DNA of 64,000 nt from NCBI RefSeq assembly GCF_009914755.1, contig NC_060947.1; one strand, given 5' to 3'. Both the position numbers and the translations under genes were made by a program. This DNA comes from the human T2T-CHM13v2.0 reference genome, Homo sapiens. The notes beneath the pieces were generated by a model. The model was not told where the DNA came from. It worked only from the letters and a program-made list of their open reading frames with translations, and searched no databases. Positions 24,937 to 39,100 of the stretch are shown here, in pieces; position 1 is the stretch's first letter; each line of letters opens with the position of its first letter.

Positions 24937-27599
24937 TATTTTTTTCAATTCTTACATGGTCTTTTTACTTTCTTGATATCATTGGGAGCACAAAATTTTT
25001 TAATTTTCGTGAAGTCAAATTTATTTATAGTTTCTTTTTGTTGTTATTTCTGGTGTTTATATCTAAGAAAACATAGCCTAACTCAAGGGAACAAAGATTT
25101 GCTCCCATGTTTTCTATTAAGAATTGCACAGTTTTAGCTCTTATATCTAGGTCTGTGATCCATTTTTAGTTAATTTTTGTGTATGGTGTGAGGTAAGAAT
25201 CCAACTCTATTCTTTTGTATGTAAGTATCCAATTATCCCACCACCATTTGTTGAAGATACCATTCTTTCCCCATTGAATGGTTTTGGCACCCTTATTGAG
25301 AATCACTGAACACAAATGTATGAGTTCATTTCTGAGCTCTCAGTTCTATTGAATTGATCGATATGCCTATTTTTGCATCAGTATCATACTGTTTTAATTA
25401 CTGCAGTTTTGAAATAAGTTTTGAAATTGAGAAGTGTGAATCCCTCAATCTTTTTTTTCTTTTTCACAATCATTTTGGCTATTTGGGGTTACTTGCAATT
25501 TCATATGAATTTTAGGATTAGCTTTTCCATTTTTTGAAATAAAGCTATCAGGATTTTGATAAGGATTGCATTGAATCTCCAGACTGCTTTGGGTGGTATT
25601 GCCATCTTAACAATATTAAGTTTTCAAATCCATGAACATAGCATGTCTTTCTATTTATTTAGGTCTTCTTTCACTTCTTACAGCAATGTGTTGTAGTTTT
25701 TATCACAGATGTCTTGCAACTGCTTGGTTCAATTTATTCCTAAGTATTTATTCATTATAATAAATTAATTGTTTTCTCAATTTCCTTTCAGGTTGTTCAT
25801 TTCCAGTGTACAATTGATTTTTGTGTGTTGGTCTTATGTCTTGCAACTTTGCTGAATTCTTTTGTTATTTCTAATAGATTTTTGTAAGGATTTCATTTAC
25901 ATGAGATCATGTCATCTGTGGATAAAGATAATTTTGCTTCTTTTCTTTCAAATTTTGTTGTCTTTTATTTTTTCTCACTGATCTGTCATGATCTTTCAGT
26001 ACAATGTTGAATAGAAATAACAAGCATATACATCTTTGTCTTAGTCCTGATGTTAGAGGCAAAGCTTTTAGTTTCTCACCATTAAGTATGATGTCAGCTT
26101 TGAGTTTTTCATAGATAATCTGTAACAGGGGGAAGAAGTTCCTTTCCATTCTTAGTTTGAGGAGTGCTTTCATTATGAAAGTATGCTGAGTTTTTTTCAA
26201 ATGCTTTTTTCTTTTTGCATTTACTGAGATTATAATGTGTGTGTGTGTCTTTTATTCTATTAATATCATGTATTACATTGTTTAATTTGTATGTTAAACT
26301 AACCACGCATTCCTGGAATAAAGCCTATTGGTCATGTTGTAAGTTCCTCTTATATGTTACTGGATTTTAGTTTCTAATATTTTGTTAAGAATTTGTGTGC
26401 CCCCATTCCTAAGAGATACTGATTTTTAGTTTCCTTTTTTGGGGGGTGATGTTTTTATTTGTAGATTTCTCTCTCTCTTTTATTTATTTATATATTTATT
26501 TTTGATGTCTGCCTGGATTTAGTATCAGGTAATTGTGGCCTCATAGAATGATTTGAGAAGTGTTCTCTTTTCTTCTATTTTTGTGGAAGAGTTTGTGAAA
26601 AAATGGTGTTGATTATTCTTTAAACGTTTTGGAGAGTTCATCAGTAAACCTATTTGAAACTGGACTTTTCCTTGTGAGAAGTTTAAAAAATTACCGATTC
26701 AATTTCTTTAGTTGTTATAGGTCTATTCACATTTTCTATTTCTTGTTAAGTCAGTTTCAGTAATTTGTGTCTTTCTAGGAATTGTCCATTATATCTACGT
26801 GTTGAATTTGTTGTCATACAGTTGTTGATAATACTCCTTTATGATCATTTTTATTTCTATTAGGTCAATAATGATTTATCATCTTTCTTCCCTCATTTTA
26901 GTAATTTCAGTTCTATTTTTTTCTTAGTCAGTCTAGTTAAAGGCTTGTAAATTTTGTTGATCTTTTGAAAAAAAAACAGCTTTTAGGTTTCTTGATTTTC
27001 TCTATTGGTTTTCTATTTTATATTCCAATCATAACTGTTTTAATCATTATTATTTTTATCCTTCTTGCTTTTGGCTTTTTCCTCCTCTCATTGGAATTTC
27101 TTAAAGCAGAATGTGAGGTTATGATTTGAGATCATTTTTAATGCAGGCGTTTACGGATATATATTTCCCTCTAAGCACTGCTTTGATATTTAGGTATGTT
27201 GGCTTTTCATTTTTGTTCATCTCAAATTATTATAGAATTGTACTCATAATTTATTTTTCATTTCATTCATTATTTAGGAATATGTTGTTTAATTTCCACA
27301 TATTTTTTGATTTTCAAATTTTCTTACTATTGATTTATAATTTAATTTATTGTGGTTGTAGAACATAATTTATATGATTTCAATTCTTGTAAATTTATTG
27401 AGGCTTCTTTTATAGCTTAACGTATAGTCTATTCTGGAGAGCGTTCCATGTGTGGCTTAGAAGAATGTATTTTCTGCTGTTTCAGAGTGAACAGAAAATG
27501 TTAGGTTTACTTGGTTGATAGTGCTGTTTTGTTAAGCTTTTCTAGATAGACCTGCAAAATGGGTCACATAGTTAGGATGTTCTGAGAACAGGACTTTTA

Positions 27600-27925
27600 A
27601 GAGCTCCAAATTCAGTTTAATCGCCCTAGTAAGGCTGCTGGTTTTCTCAGCTACCATAGTTGTGAGGCTACTCATTCTCATGACTATGTGGAACTGAGGA
27701 GATGGGGATGGAAGTAAGGAAAACTAAAATGCAACAAAGACTGTTATTCTTATCAAGGTCCAGCAAATTTTTCTTGAATTAATGCTTCTCAGATTGTTGC
27801 AAGCATTTGGTTAATTTCTAGAGTTATGAAAATATTTATTTTAATAAATTTTGCCAATATTGTAATTACTTTTATGGAGGAGTAGTTTTGCAGAAGTCCT
27901 CACTTGCCTGATCCAGAAGTCCCTC
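27600..27925 (-). mobile_element. Ancient L1M 5' end remnant
   Basis: Reverse-complement similar to 30550-30750 (ctcctccataaaa...ggcaaaa...ctctagaaattaac...attcaagaaaaat). Confidence 0.65.
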
Positions 27926-28652
27926 TCTCATAACATATGAATATTTAATTTAGTTTTATTAGTTTTAACCATTTATCCTAATTATGTATCTTTGCCTCTT
28001 ATATTTTTATTTTTTTGACACTCCTTTATCTTCTCCCGTTTTAAACTTTTAATCTGACTAGTTCTAAGCTTTTATTTTAAATGTGTCCCTTTTCCACTTT
28101 TTTAGTAGTCAATATTAATCTTTATTGGAATCATCTCTCAATTTAAAGAGCTATCTATTTTAATTCATTTTATTTTTCACTTCTGATTAATAATATATAC
28201 TTTCGATGTTATTAATATTGTCTTTAACTTTTTTCTCTGTATTTTTTCTTTCCTCCTCTTTTCCATATTCATTAATTTTATTATTTGTGTTCTTAAGAGC
28301 TACTGAAAGTTTAGCTGCAGGAGTGGTAACACAATTGAAAATTCACCCCACAAATTGGGGAGAATATTGTACTAGGTTTGTGTGTGCATGTGTGTGTACC
28401 TTCTATGTTTTCTACCCCTCAGCCTTGGAAAGTTGCAAGGAAGCTAGCCATCTACCTGGGGCTGTGAATAAAGAGTTACCCAAGAGAAAGTAGAATCTCA
28501 GGCTTATACAATACATGGTATAAACTCTGCATGCACACTTACAGAAGATAAAGTAATTGTAAATGAAGAAATTAATTTTAAAGCCTTATTTGGAATCAGT
28601 GAGGCAAAGTTGCTACTGGCTTTCAAGGAATCAGGAAGTTATATTTAGTAGT

Positions 28653-29100
28653 TGTAATAATTTCCTAAGTCTGATATAACAAAGTATCACAGACTGGGGG
28701 TTTAAAACAACAGAAATGTATTCTCTCAAAATTTTGGAAGCTAGAAGTCTTAAGTGGAGGTATTAGCAGGGTTGGTTCCTACTGGAGAACAGATGTTCAA
28801 TGAGTCTCTCCTAGCTGCTGGTGGTTGCCTATAATTCTTGATGTCCCTTGGCTTGTACATACATCTCCAGTCTCTGTCTCCATTTTCACATGGTATTCTC
28901 CCCCGTATCTCTTTACATTATCTTCCCTCTGTGTATGTCTCATTTTTCTCATCTTAACATCAGTCACTGGTAAGGCCCACTTTAATCCAATATGAGCTCA
29001 TCTTAACTTGATTACATCTGCAAAGACTCTATTTCTGAATAAGGTCACATTCTGAGGATTGGGTGAACATGAATTTTTAGGAGACATTCTATCTAGTATA
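28653..29100 (-). mobile_element. MLT1C-like solo LTR
   Basis: TSD GTAGT (28648-28652 / 29101-29105); contains ttacatctgcaaagactctatttctgaataaggtcacattctgagg. Confidence 0.85.
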
Positions 29101-29469
29101 GTAGTCAAGAGATGCAGGAAACCGTTACTGATGCTCACAACTTCCTGCAGCACCTTGGCAAAAACACGAGCTAAGAATATTCTATCCAATCAAATTGTGT
29201 TTGAAGTATAAAAAGATAAAGACAAATAGTTTTTATCATGCAAGAACTCAGAGAATATCTTTGCCATGAATACTTACTGAGAAAACTACTGGAGGACAAT
29301 CTTAAGTCAAAAAAATGACCAAGGAAATCCTAGAAAAAGAAGTCACAGTAAATTTTAAATATATTTAATAGTAGAATCAAGACTAAAACTCATAGGGGTA
29401 TAAAGTATAAAATAGAATGTAAAAGTTATGTATAATAAGAACGGGGAAATCATACATGTGGGAGATTTT

Positions 29470-30226
29470 GTCAGTGTCCCATTTGTATCACTACAGCCTT
29501 ACAATTTCAGTTCATTATAGCTGATTTCCATCTACCAATATATGCGTCTTTTTCCTGAGGGCAATGTTCAAGAAGTGCCAAGAAATTAAAATCCCCCCAA
29601 GGAGAAACTCTCAACAAATGATTGATTGGAGTTCATGAATAAATACGCTAGATTCCTTGATCCTTGTGTTGGAGGACTTTTCCTTAGTTCAGCTGATGAC
29701 GGGGTTCTTTGTTCCATGGCCACGAAAATTCAGGCTCACAGACAATTTGAATGATGAGTAAGACAGGGTTTTATTGGGTGTAAAGGAAAAAAAGGGGGAA
29801 CAGGGACTCTGCAAGGCCAGAGTTCCTGCTAGAGCACTTCCTGCCCACAGATTGAATCCCAGGTTCCACACAGGAAGAGGAGGTACCAGGCTCCTCCCCG
29901 CTGCAAATGGCACAAACTTCCAAAGGCCCCACCCCAGTGTGCAAGCCAGTTAGGGTTTTCTGGGGACCTCCTCTCACCTGGCTGTCTCACTTGGAGAGAT
30001 ACCTCTAAGGCCTGTGTATTACAGTCTTTCCCAGAATTTTCTCACAAGATTAAGCTTCAGTCACTCACAGAGATAGCTGGTTTAATATTTCTTTTATTGA
30101 TTGCTTTGTCTTTCTTTCTGTGTGTTTCTTTACCTTCCTACTGGTGTTTTTGGACTTTCACAAATAAAGCAATTACACTTGAATTATTGTCTCGTAGTCT
30201 GCCTCTGAGGAAGCCCAAATTAAAAT
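29470..30226 (+). mobile_element. LTR16-like (ERVL) LTR interrupted by MER61
   Basis: Terminal caaataaagcaattacacttgaattattgtctcgtagtctgcctctgaggaagcccaaattaaaata. Confidence 0.6.
29667..29989 (-). mobile_element. MER61A-like solo LTR (ERV1)
   Basis: TG...CA termini, TSD CTTG (29663-29666 / 29990-29993), minus start TGAGACAGCCAGGTGAGAGGAGGTCCCC. Confidence 0.87.
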
Positions 30227-31290
30227 AACTACCCAAAATTGATTGAGAGGAGGAAAAAAAAGGTAGAAAGTATTGCACATATCTAATTGCTTTGTCTGTA
30301 ACTGATGGGAGTCCAAGGAGATAATTTAAAGTTGCAAATGAAGTCATAAAAGCATAAGCATAATTAAATGGCAAACCTAAATGTAACATAATTAACTAAA
30401 ATTGAGTAGTAGAGGTAAAGCAAGAAAAGGAGGATGAAGAAGAAATAACTTTATCATTGCTCGGGTTCAAAAAATAATAGATATTTTTGAAGAAGGAGAA
30501 GATTAAGAATATTATATAAATTTACAGTTATAGAGCTAAAATGGTAACGTAGGGCCTCCAAAAACTCTCTCCTCCATAAAAACAATGAGAAAGAACTGGC
30601 AAAAATGATCATAATCTGCTTTTTCAGGACTCTAGAAATTAACTAAAAGCATTCAGCAACCTGGGGAATGTTTATTCAAGAAAAATGGTTAGTTCTTGGT
30701 AAAAAATAGTGAGCTTTAGGGAATTTAAACTTGTCTTGGTTTCATTCTCTGCTTTCAAGATTTGCAGTATGGAAAAATAACATTCTCCATTAATGGGGAA
30801 AAATGGCAGCTACTGAAGAGAGGAGAACAGGGATGAATCTCATTCAAAGTCTCAGCCAAGAATTGTCCATATGTGGCCTGCCTCTTAGATTCCTGGAAGG
30901 CCATACTTGCAAGCTGTCTGTATCTTACCTGATTCACAGATTACCCGGAGTGAATAGCCTTATCCCTGGGGATATTTATCAAAAAGAAATTACAGGCAAT
31001 TGCTTAACTTCTTGGCTGCTTGAGGCAGTAGATAACAGAGGAGCAAAAATAGACTTATAAGAAAGCTGGAAAGAAGCAGCTGATGAGTGTGATTTCATAG
31101 GGGCTTTCAAAAAGTTGTATATTTTTGAATATCTAGAAGGCCAGGCATATGCCTAAGGCTATTTGCATACCCAGGGCTATGCACATCCTCAAGAAAGACC
31201 TGATAAAGCCCTAAACTTTCACCCCTGGCTGACCTTGAGGCTCTGCACAAGCCAAAAGTAAAGGCTAATGCAGAACTGTAAACTGCCTAG

Positions 31291-31706
<416 letters not shown>

Positions 31707-32263
31707 TAAATTAACCAAGTGGAGACACCAGTGACCACACATGACAAAGATACAGACTTTACAGAAGAGTTCAGAAAAGTCACTAAACAATCAACAAAAA
31801 CTGTAAATAGAAACAACAGACCCTAGGGAGGAAAAAGAATCTGATTTTCAGAGTTGCCACATTATGTTCCTTCAAAGTCCAGATTTCAAGCACAAACAGT
31901 ATGAGACAAGCAAGAAAGGAAGAAAATATGACACATACACAGGAAAAACGCAATCAATGTAAGTCATCCCTGAGAAAACCCAGATATTTCACTTACTACA
32001 CAAAGGCTCTACATCAGCTATTCTAATATGTTCAAAGAACTAAAGGAAGCCATGTCTAAAGAACTAGCAGAAAGTACAAAAATATCACACCAAAGTAGCA
32101 AATATTAATAAAGAGACAGAAATTATAAAAAGAAACCAAATAGAAATTCTGGAGTTGAAAGGTAAAATCACTGAAATAAAAAATTTATTAGATGGGATAA
32201 ATTGTAGATTTGAGAAGACAAAGTAAATAATCAGCAAATTTGAAGACAGATCAATTGAGATTA

Positions 32264-32761
<498 letters not shown>

Positions 32762-33106
32762 CTAATAAGCTCAACAAACTCCAATTAGGATAAAGTCAAA
32801 AATATCCACACAGAAGAACATCATAATTAAAGTGTTGGAAGACAAAGAGATAATCTAGAAAGCAGCAAGAGAAAAATGACTTATTATATAGAAAGGATCC
32901 TCAATAAGATTTCTTATCAGAAACCTGAGAGGCCAGAAGATAATAGGATGACATATTAAAAGTGCTGAAAGAAAAAGCCTGCTAACCAAGAATTATATGT
33001 CTGGCAAAACTACCCTTCAAAAATGAAAGAAAAGATAAGACATTCCCAGGGAAATAAAAACAGTGAATTTATTTCTAGCAGACCTGTCCTATAAGAAATA
33101 CCAAAG

Positions 33107-33934
33107 AGTCCAAGAATGATATACAAATGGCCAATAAGCCTGTGAAAAGATGCTTAGCAGTATTGGTTATTTAAGAAATGCAAATCAAAATCACAATGGG
33201 ATGCCACTTCATACCCACTCAGATGGCTAGAATCAGTAAGTCAGATAATAAGCATTGGCAAGGATGTGGAGCAATCAGAGCCCTTATACACTGCTTATGC
33301 GAATGTAGAATGGTGCAGCCCCTTTGGAAAACAGTCTGGTAATTTTTCAAATAATTGAACATAGAGTTGCCATATGACCCAGCAATGCTGCTCCTACATA
33401 CCCAAGAGAAATAAAAACATATAGTGACAGAAAAACTTGTACATGAATGTTTGTAGCAGCACTATTCAAATAGCCAAGAAGTAGAAACAATCCAAATGTT
33501 TATCATCAAATGAATGGATAAACAAGAGATGGCATATCCATACAATGGCCTACTATTTAGCCATAAAAAGGAATGAAGTACTGATACTGCTGCAATATGG
33601 AGAAACTTTAGAGACATTATGTTAAATGAAATAAGCTAATCATGAAGTACCACATATTATATGATTTCATTCATATGAAAGTCCAAAATAGGAAAATCTA
33701 TAGAGGTATAAAGTAGATTAATGATTACTTAGAATGGGGGAGTAAGTACGGAAATAGGTGAGTGCTGAGTAAATGGTAAGGTGTTTTTTTTTTAGGTGAT
33801 GAAAATGTTCTAAAATTAACTGTGCTGATGGTTGAACATATCTGTGAATACAGAAATGCAACTGAATTGTACACTCTAAATGGGTAAGTTGTGTAGTATG
33901 TGAATCATACTCGATTAAAGCTGTTAAGAAAAAT
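33107..33934 (+). mobile_element. L1MB-like 3' end inserted into the older L1 ORF1
   Basis: TSD gaaatac(c/t)aaag (33095-33106 / 33935-33946). Contains L1 ORF2 C-terminus and 3'UTR ending attaaagctgttaagaaaaa. Confidence 0.82.
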
Positions 33935-34401
33935 GAAATACTAAAGGTAATCCTTCAGGCTGAAATGAAAGGAAAGTAGACAATAACTTGAGTCCACATG
34001 GAGAAATATTGTGGACCAGTGAAGATTCAGACATCAATCTGTTCTTAGCACTACCATGCTTTCAGAGCATTTTAATGAGCATCTTCTATACACTAAGTCC
34101 TGTGTTGATGAGACTGGCAATCCCTGCTGCTTTGGAGCTTTTAGACCAGACATTGAACACACCCTTTCCCTTGTGGTGAGTGCTGAAACAGGGATGGACA
34201 GGGAACTATAAATTATTAGCTCTAGGCTAGAGCCTTTTCATACATCAGTTCATGAATTCTTAATACTCCCATGAGGCAGGGGCTGTTGACATCTCTGAAA
34301 ATTTAGTTTCCCCATCCGTGAAATTAGCTCAAGAGATTTACCCCAGGTCTTAATTCAACAGAGGCAAAAGCTTTATTTTTAATAGAAAAATAGACTAAAC
34401 T

Positions 34402-34602
34402 TATTGTGGTTTTGATTTGCATTTCTCTGATGAAGTAAAGATAAAATCTATGCGGGACTTATTGCAGAAGCTATTACACATTAGGTATTTTACAAAATGA
34501 TTCCTTAGTTCTGTTGTGTCTTGTATTACTTGCTTTTTCATAAATGCTTATTTTTTAACCTTTTCTTCACAATAAATTTCTCAACTTCTTTAAAAAGAAA
34601 AG
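34402..34602 (+). mobile_element. Retrotransposed ~200-bp insert: inverted L1 tip + unique DNA + AATAAA + A-tail
   Basis: Perfect 15-bp TSD aaaatagactaaact (34387-34401 / 34603-34617); AATAAA at 34571; A-rich tail 34592-34602. Confidence 0.8.
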
Positions 34603-35372
34603 AAAATAGACTAAACTCAAAATTCCAGTAAGTTAATTATTATGTCACACCATTTCAATTTAATATTATGCAGGCATTTTAAATATAATTATTAAGACTA
34701 TGTGGAAACGTGGCATAGAGCCCTTTACTGGTATTCTGACACATTAAATGAAAGAAGCACAATATAAGGTTTTATTTGTGTGATGTTTATAATTCCATAA
34801 CATATGTAAAATTATATGTAAAATATATGTAAAAATGAAACACATTGCAGTTATAGATATCACTGGTATAAGAATATAGATCCTCCTAAAAATATGAAGA
34901 CTATACAGAGTGAAAGACTATAAAAATTATAAATACAGAAAGATAAGATTAAGCATTGTGACAAAAATAATACAGAATATATTTTTCATGTCAATAAATC
35001 TAAATGGACTAAATTCATATGTTAAAAGACTTCTAGGTAGTTCATAAAGTAAATTTAGACACATAAAAATGAATGATTCAGAAAAGTTAAAATAAAGGGA
35101 TTGTTAAATGCACACTAGGCAAATACAAACCAAAAGAATGAGGATTTGTGATCTTAATATCAAATAAAATTTAGGGACAAAATCACTTTGTAAAGCTAGG
35201 AGTACAAATCACAATGAGAATGTGCACAGATTATATTGCAGAAGCTAGTTTTAACCAAAAACTACAGGGGAAAACAATTAAGTAGGAGCTCACTATTAGT
35301 GGGAAGCGTGAAATATGCTCATTGTCCAAGGTAAAACGAGTTGTTAAAAAATCAGGAAGGCTATAGAAGACC

Positions 35373-35855
35373 TGTGCTGGATCTTCAATTTGCCCCTCCA
35401 GATCTATATTCTATCCTCTTCTACCTTGTTTTGGTGCCTTGGGAAGCTGAACTCTTTATCCACATTACTGGGTTCCCTTGCCCCTGGCTTCTGGTTAGGT
35501 TCAGTCAATGGGGTGCACTAGTAATAGAAGAGAGGATGGAAGAAGAATGAGATCAAGGTATTTATTTCCATGTGCCCCTCTCTCTTTAGTTGCTACAGGT
35601 TGGCTGCAACCTTCTGCTGCCTGTCAGGAGACCCTTTTTATACATTCTCTCTATCTCAAGGTCTGTAACCACTCTCTCTCCTGCACCTTCATGCTTAGGT
35701 GTAGTAATACTCTCCCACTCCCAGATATTTGAGTTACTGCTTTTGTGCAGTTACCCTTGTGCTTTCCTTCTACTCTGACAATAACTTTGTGAATTATCCT
35801 TGCAGTAAACTCTCTTCAAGTTACCCAATTTCAGTATGGCCCACCTGTTTTTTGA
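35373..35855 (+). mobile_element. LTR33-like (ERVL) LTR
   Basis: ttgcccctccagatc...cccttgcccctggcttctggttaggttcagtcaatgggg...aaactctcttcaagttacccaattt. Confidence 0.7.
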
Positions 35856-35875
35856 TGAAACAAAAGCCAAACATA

Positions 35876-36178
35876 GCCAGGTATGGTGGCTCATGCCTTA
35901 ATCCCAGCACTTTGGGAGGCCGAGGCAGGCGGATCACGAGGCCAGGAGTTTGAGACCAGCCTGGCCAACATAGTGAAACCCCATCTCTACTAAAAATACA
36001 AAAATTAGCTGGGTGTGGTGGTGGGTGCTGGTAGTCCCAGCTACTCGGGAGACTGAGGCAGGAGAATCACTTGAACCAAGTAATTCACACTCGGATCACA
36101 GTGAGCCGAGATTGCACCACTGCACTCCAGCCTAGGCAACAGAGAGAGACTCCGTCTGAAAAAAAAAAAAAAAAAAAC
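35876..36178 (+). mobile_element. AluS with a local rearrangement in the right arm
   Basis: Full dimer; TSD aagccaaacata. Confidence 0.93.
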
Positions 36179-39100
36179 AAGCCAAACATAATTAATCAGA
36201 TATATCTAACTCATACATATCAAACTCCATTTTGAAAATGGAGAATATATCTGCTTTTCAAGTACTCATTAAACAGTCTTGAAAAAAATGAAGATGTATT
36301 GGTTTATGAAGAAAATATACACAAAAACCTCAGTAAATTAAAAAAATGCTTTTGTTCCAGTGCAAATAAAACTAGATATTAAAAATATAATCAGAAAAAA
36401 ACCCTGTATCCTGAAAATTAAAGAAAAAAAAAGTCTTATCATTTGAGTCAAGGAGAAAATAGAAACTAAAATTGCATGCTGAGTCTCAGGCGGAATTAAT
36501 AAAAAACAAATCAATACCTAGACACCTTGTAATACATGTGTAGAACAACAAAGGAAAAGAGAAAAAAGTTAAAGTAGTCGAGGAGAAAAGAGAGCTCAAC
36601 TAGAAAGAAAGATAAACTTTTGGCCAGCTATCACAGAAGAATAGTATTTCCAAAGTACTGAGGGAAAGTATTTATTACACTAGAATTCTATGTTGAATAA
36701 AGGCATTAGAGTTATATGATAACCAGGAGAGTTTACTATTCACAGAACCTTGCAGAAAGAATGAAAGGATATCCTTTAGCAATAATCCAGAAGGAACATG
36801 TAGGATACAGGAACCAAAAGCAATGATGAGTAAAGAAATCAATCAGCATGGTGGTAATTTTAAACAATTATAGAATGTTAATAGAGAGGGAAAAAAACGC
36901 TCTAGTGTGTTTAAAACAAGAGGGAGCTAAAATCCAAAAACATGAAAATGGGAGAGCAGAGTAAACGTTTACAATTTTCTGAGCTTGTTCTATTGTCTGG
37001 TTAGAGATAAGGATGAATTTTTAAATTTTATTTTGTATGCATGTTAAAATCTGATTGCAAAGCCACAAATGCTAATTTACTTAGCATCCAACTGACATCC
37101 ACATTTGTATTACAGTCAGATACTAGTAGATACCTAGCAATTAAAGGAAAAATGGAGGCCAGCCCACCTTCTGAGCTCTGCTTGATAGAATAGAAGAAAA
37201 CACTACCACGTGTTGATACCCAGAATGTTCATTTTTGGCTCCTGTGGGAGAATGATTTTATATATCATACTCTACTGACTTGCTTCCTTGGTGACTTACT
37301 GGGTGTGAAGTTCAGTGGCCTGTACATCATTGGCACGTTCTCATTCTAAGCATCTGTTCTCGGAATGAAATGAGCGTACATAAATAAGCAGCCTTGTTGA
37401 AAAGGTTCAGTCACAAAACAAGTATTTGGAGCCTTGAGACGTAATAGGCTGTTTTCTAACTTAGTGTTGTTGGATGGTAGCTTTCTTTATGGTGGACTTT
37501 AATGCCATGTTATCTCCCACTGATTTTTCTTATGGCTGACTTAGTTGGCCTGCTGAGCTAACGTGTCTAGTTCCACAGACCAAAACATGATGAGTATTGT
37601 GTGTAGTAGCACAGCATTTTTTAGCCCTGGGGAAGAAAAGCCGGAACCTGTATCAGATGTAGCTTCCTTCTGTTCCAAATGAGTATTTAACTATCCAACT
37701 ACCCTGAGTTTCAAAGGCCATGAAGGGCTGGAAGTTGCTGGGAGTTTTATTTGATGAACAGTTCTGATTGTTCTATAATGAAATTAATTACCTTGCCTCC
37801 AGGTATAGATGCTACATTTTATCTCCAGAGTCTGAGAAAACATTTGCCTCTTCTTTTAAAAGACGGTCCAAAGCCCCAGGAGCTCAATGCTCAGGCTTGC
37901 AGAAATTGGAAGGAAAATTGGGGAAACTCTCTGTCCACATTTCATTGCATTCTTTCAGATTCTTGGGATTTTGCTGAATCTGCTGGTGAGAAAGCTTGCT
38001 TATCTCCCACACCCCCATGTAATTAATCTGAAATTAACCTTCTCATTAACCCACAGATGGGGAAGGGCAACACACAAATTTTAAAATGTGTATGCTCACA
38101 TAGGCTTTTATTGGCTGTGGTTAAGAACTAACTTCTAGTTGATATATGCAGAAGCAGTTAGAAGATGTTTGAATTGGAATTTTCATAACAAAAATTTGTT
38201 GCCAATGCATGTAGTTTTATGTCAACTAAGAGCCCACTCTTGTAAGATAATTGTTAATTGAGGATAATATTGAATCACCTCAAAAACCTGATCCACTTTT
38301 TTTTTTATTTTTTCCTATCTTATGTATCTAATCTACTAGGGAATACATACCCAATCTGTTACATGTAAGTTGATTTTCTCACTGCCTAGGAAACATGGGT
38401 CTCTTATAAACCCATGTTTATACTGATGTCCTTACCTCTGTTATTTTTTCCTGTGTTCAAAGCTCAATATCCCCTTCATCAAGCCTTACTTAACACAGTA
38501 GTTCTAATATTGACTGCCCACGATTGTGAGCACTAATTCTAAGGGATCTCTGTCTTTTGATGAGTACCAGGGAAATTTTCTCCTAATTAACACCTGTGTC
38601 TCAATTCTCTCTCCCTTTACCTAGTCTTTTGGAGTCTTACTGTCAAAAACCGAGCATAAAGGGCAAAAATAGCAGATAATGGATTTCTAGCTTTATGCCT
38701 GTCTTAGCAATTCTGTGAGAGATGTTTTGAAGCTCCTCTTGAAAAATCTGTGCCAAAGACCTAGTAATTGTTTTTTATGGTTTTCCAATGAAGTGTGAAG
38801 TCCTTCTAATAGCTGTCAATAGCCTTCTCTACTCTGTAGCTGTGAACACTAAGAAAGAGGCCTTTAACAACCTTTTTTTTTTTCTCTTGGTCTTCCATCA
38901 TCACTACTTTGGTCCCGTGTCAGGCTAGAGACTAAACAGTTGGCATTATAACCTGAATAGCCTAGGAAGTTAAGGGTAGGTAAAATCAATCATATTGAGT
39001 CCCTCCTGACTTTCAAAATAATAATAATTTTAAAATCACAGGCAACACATATGTACTAGTTCAATTGAAAAAATCATTTATTTTTACTTTATTCCAGGCA

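Larger units (their letters stand above)
22313..27520 (-). mobile_element. Old L1M (L1MB-like) 3' UTR + ORF2, interrupted by Tigger3
   Basis: 3' end taattcacatacaataaaattcactc. The ORF track shows degenerate RT peptides (25907-26200: YEKLKADIILNGEKLKALPLTSGLRQRC). Confidence 0.88.

Noticed and set aside
37941-37991. Possible ~27-nt plus-strand micro-exon (ttctttcAG...CTG|GTGAGA)
   Set aside because: Isolated and short; motif matches of this quality are common by chance.
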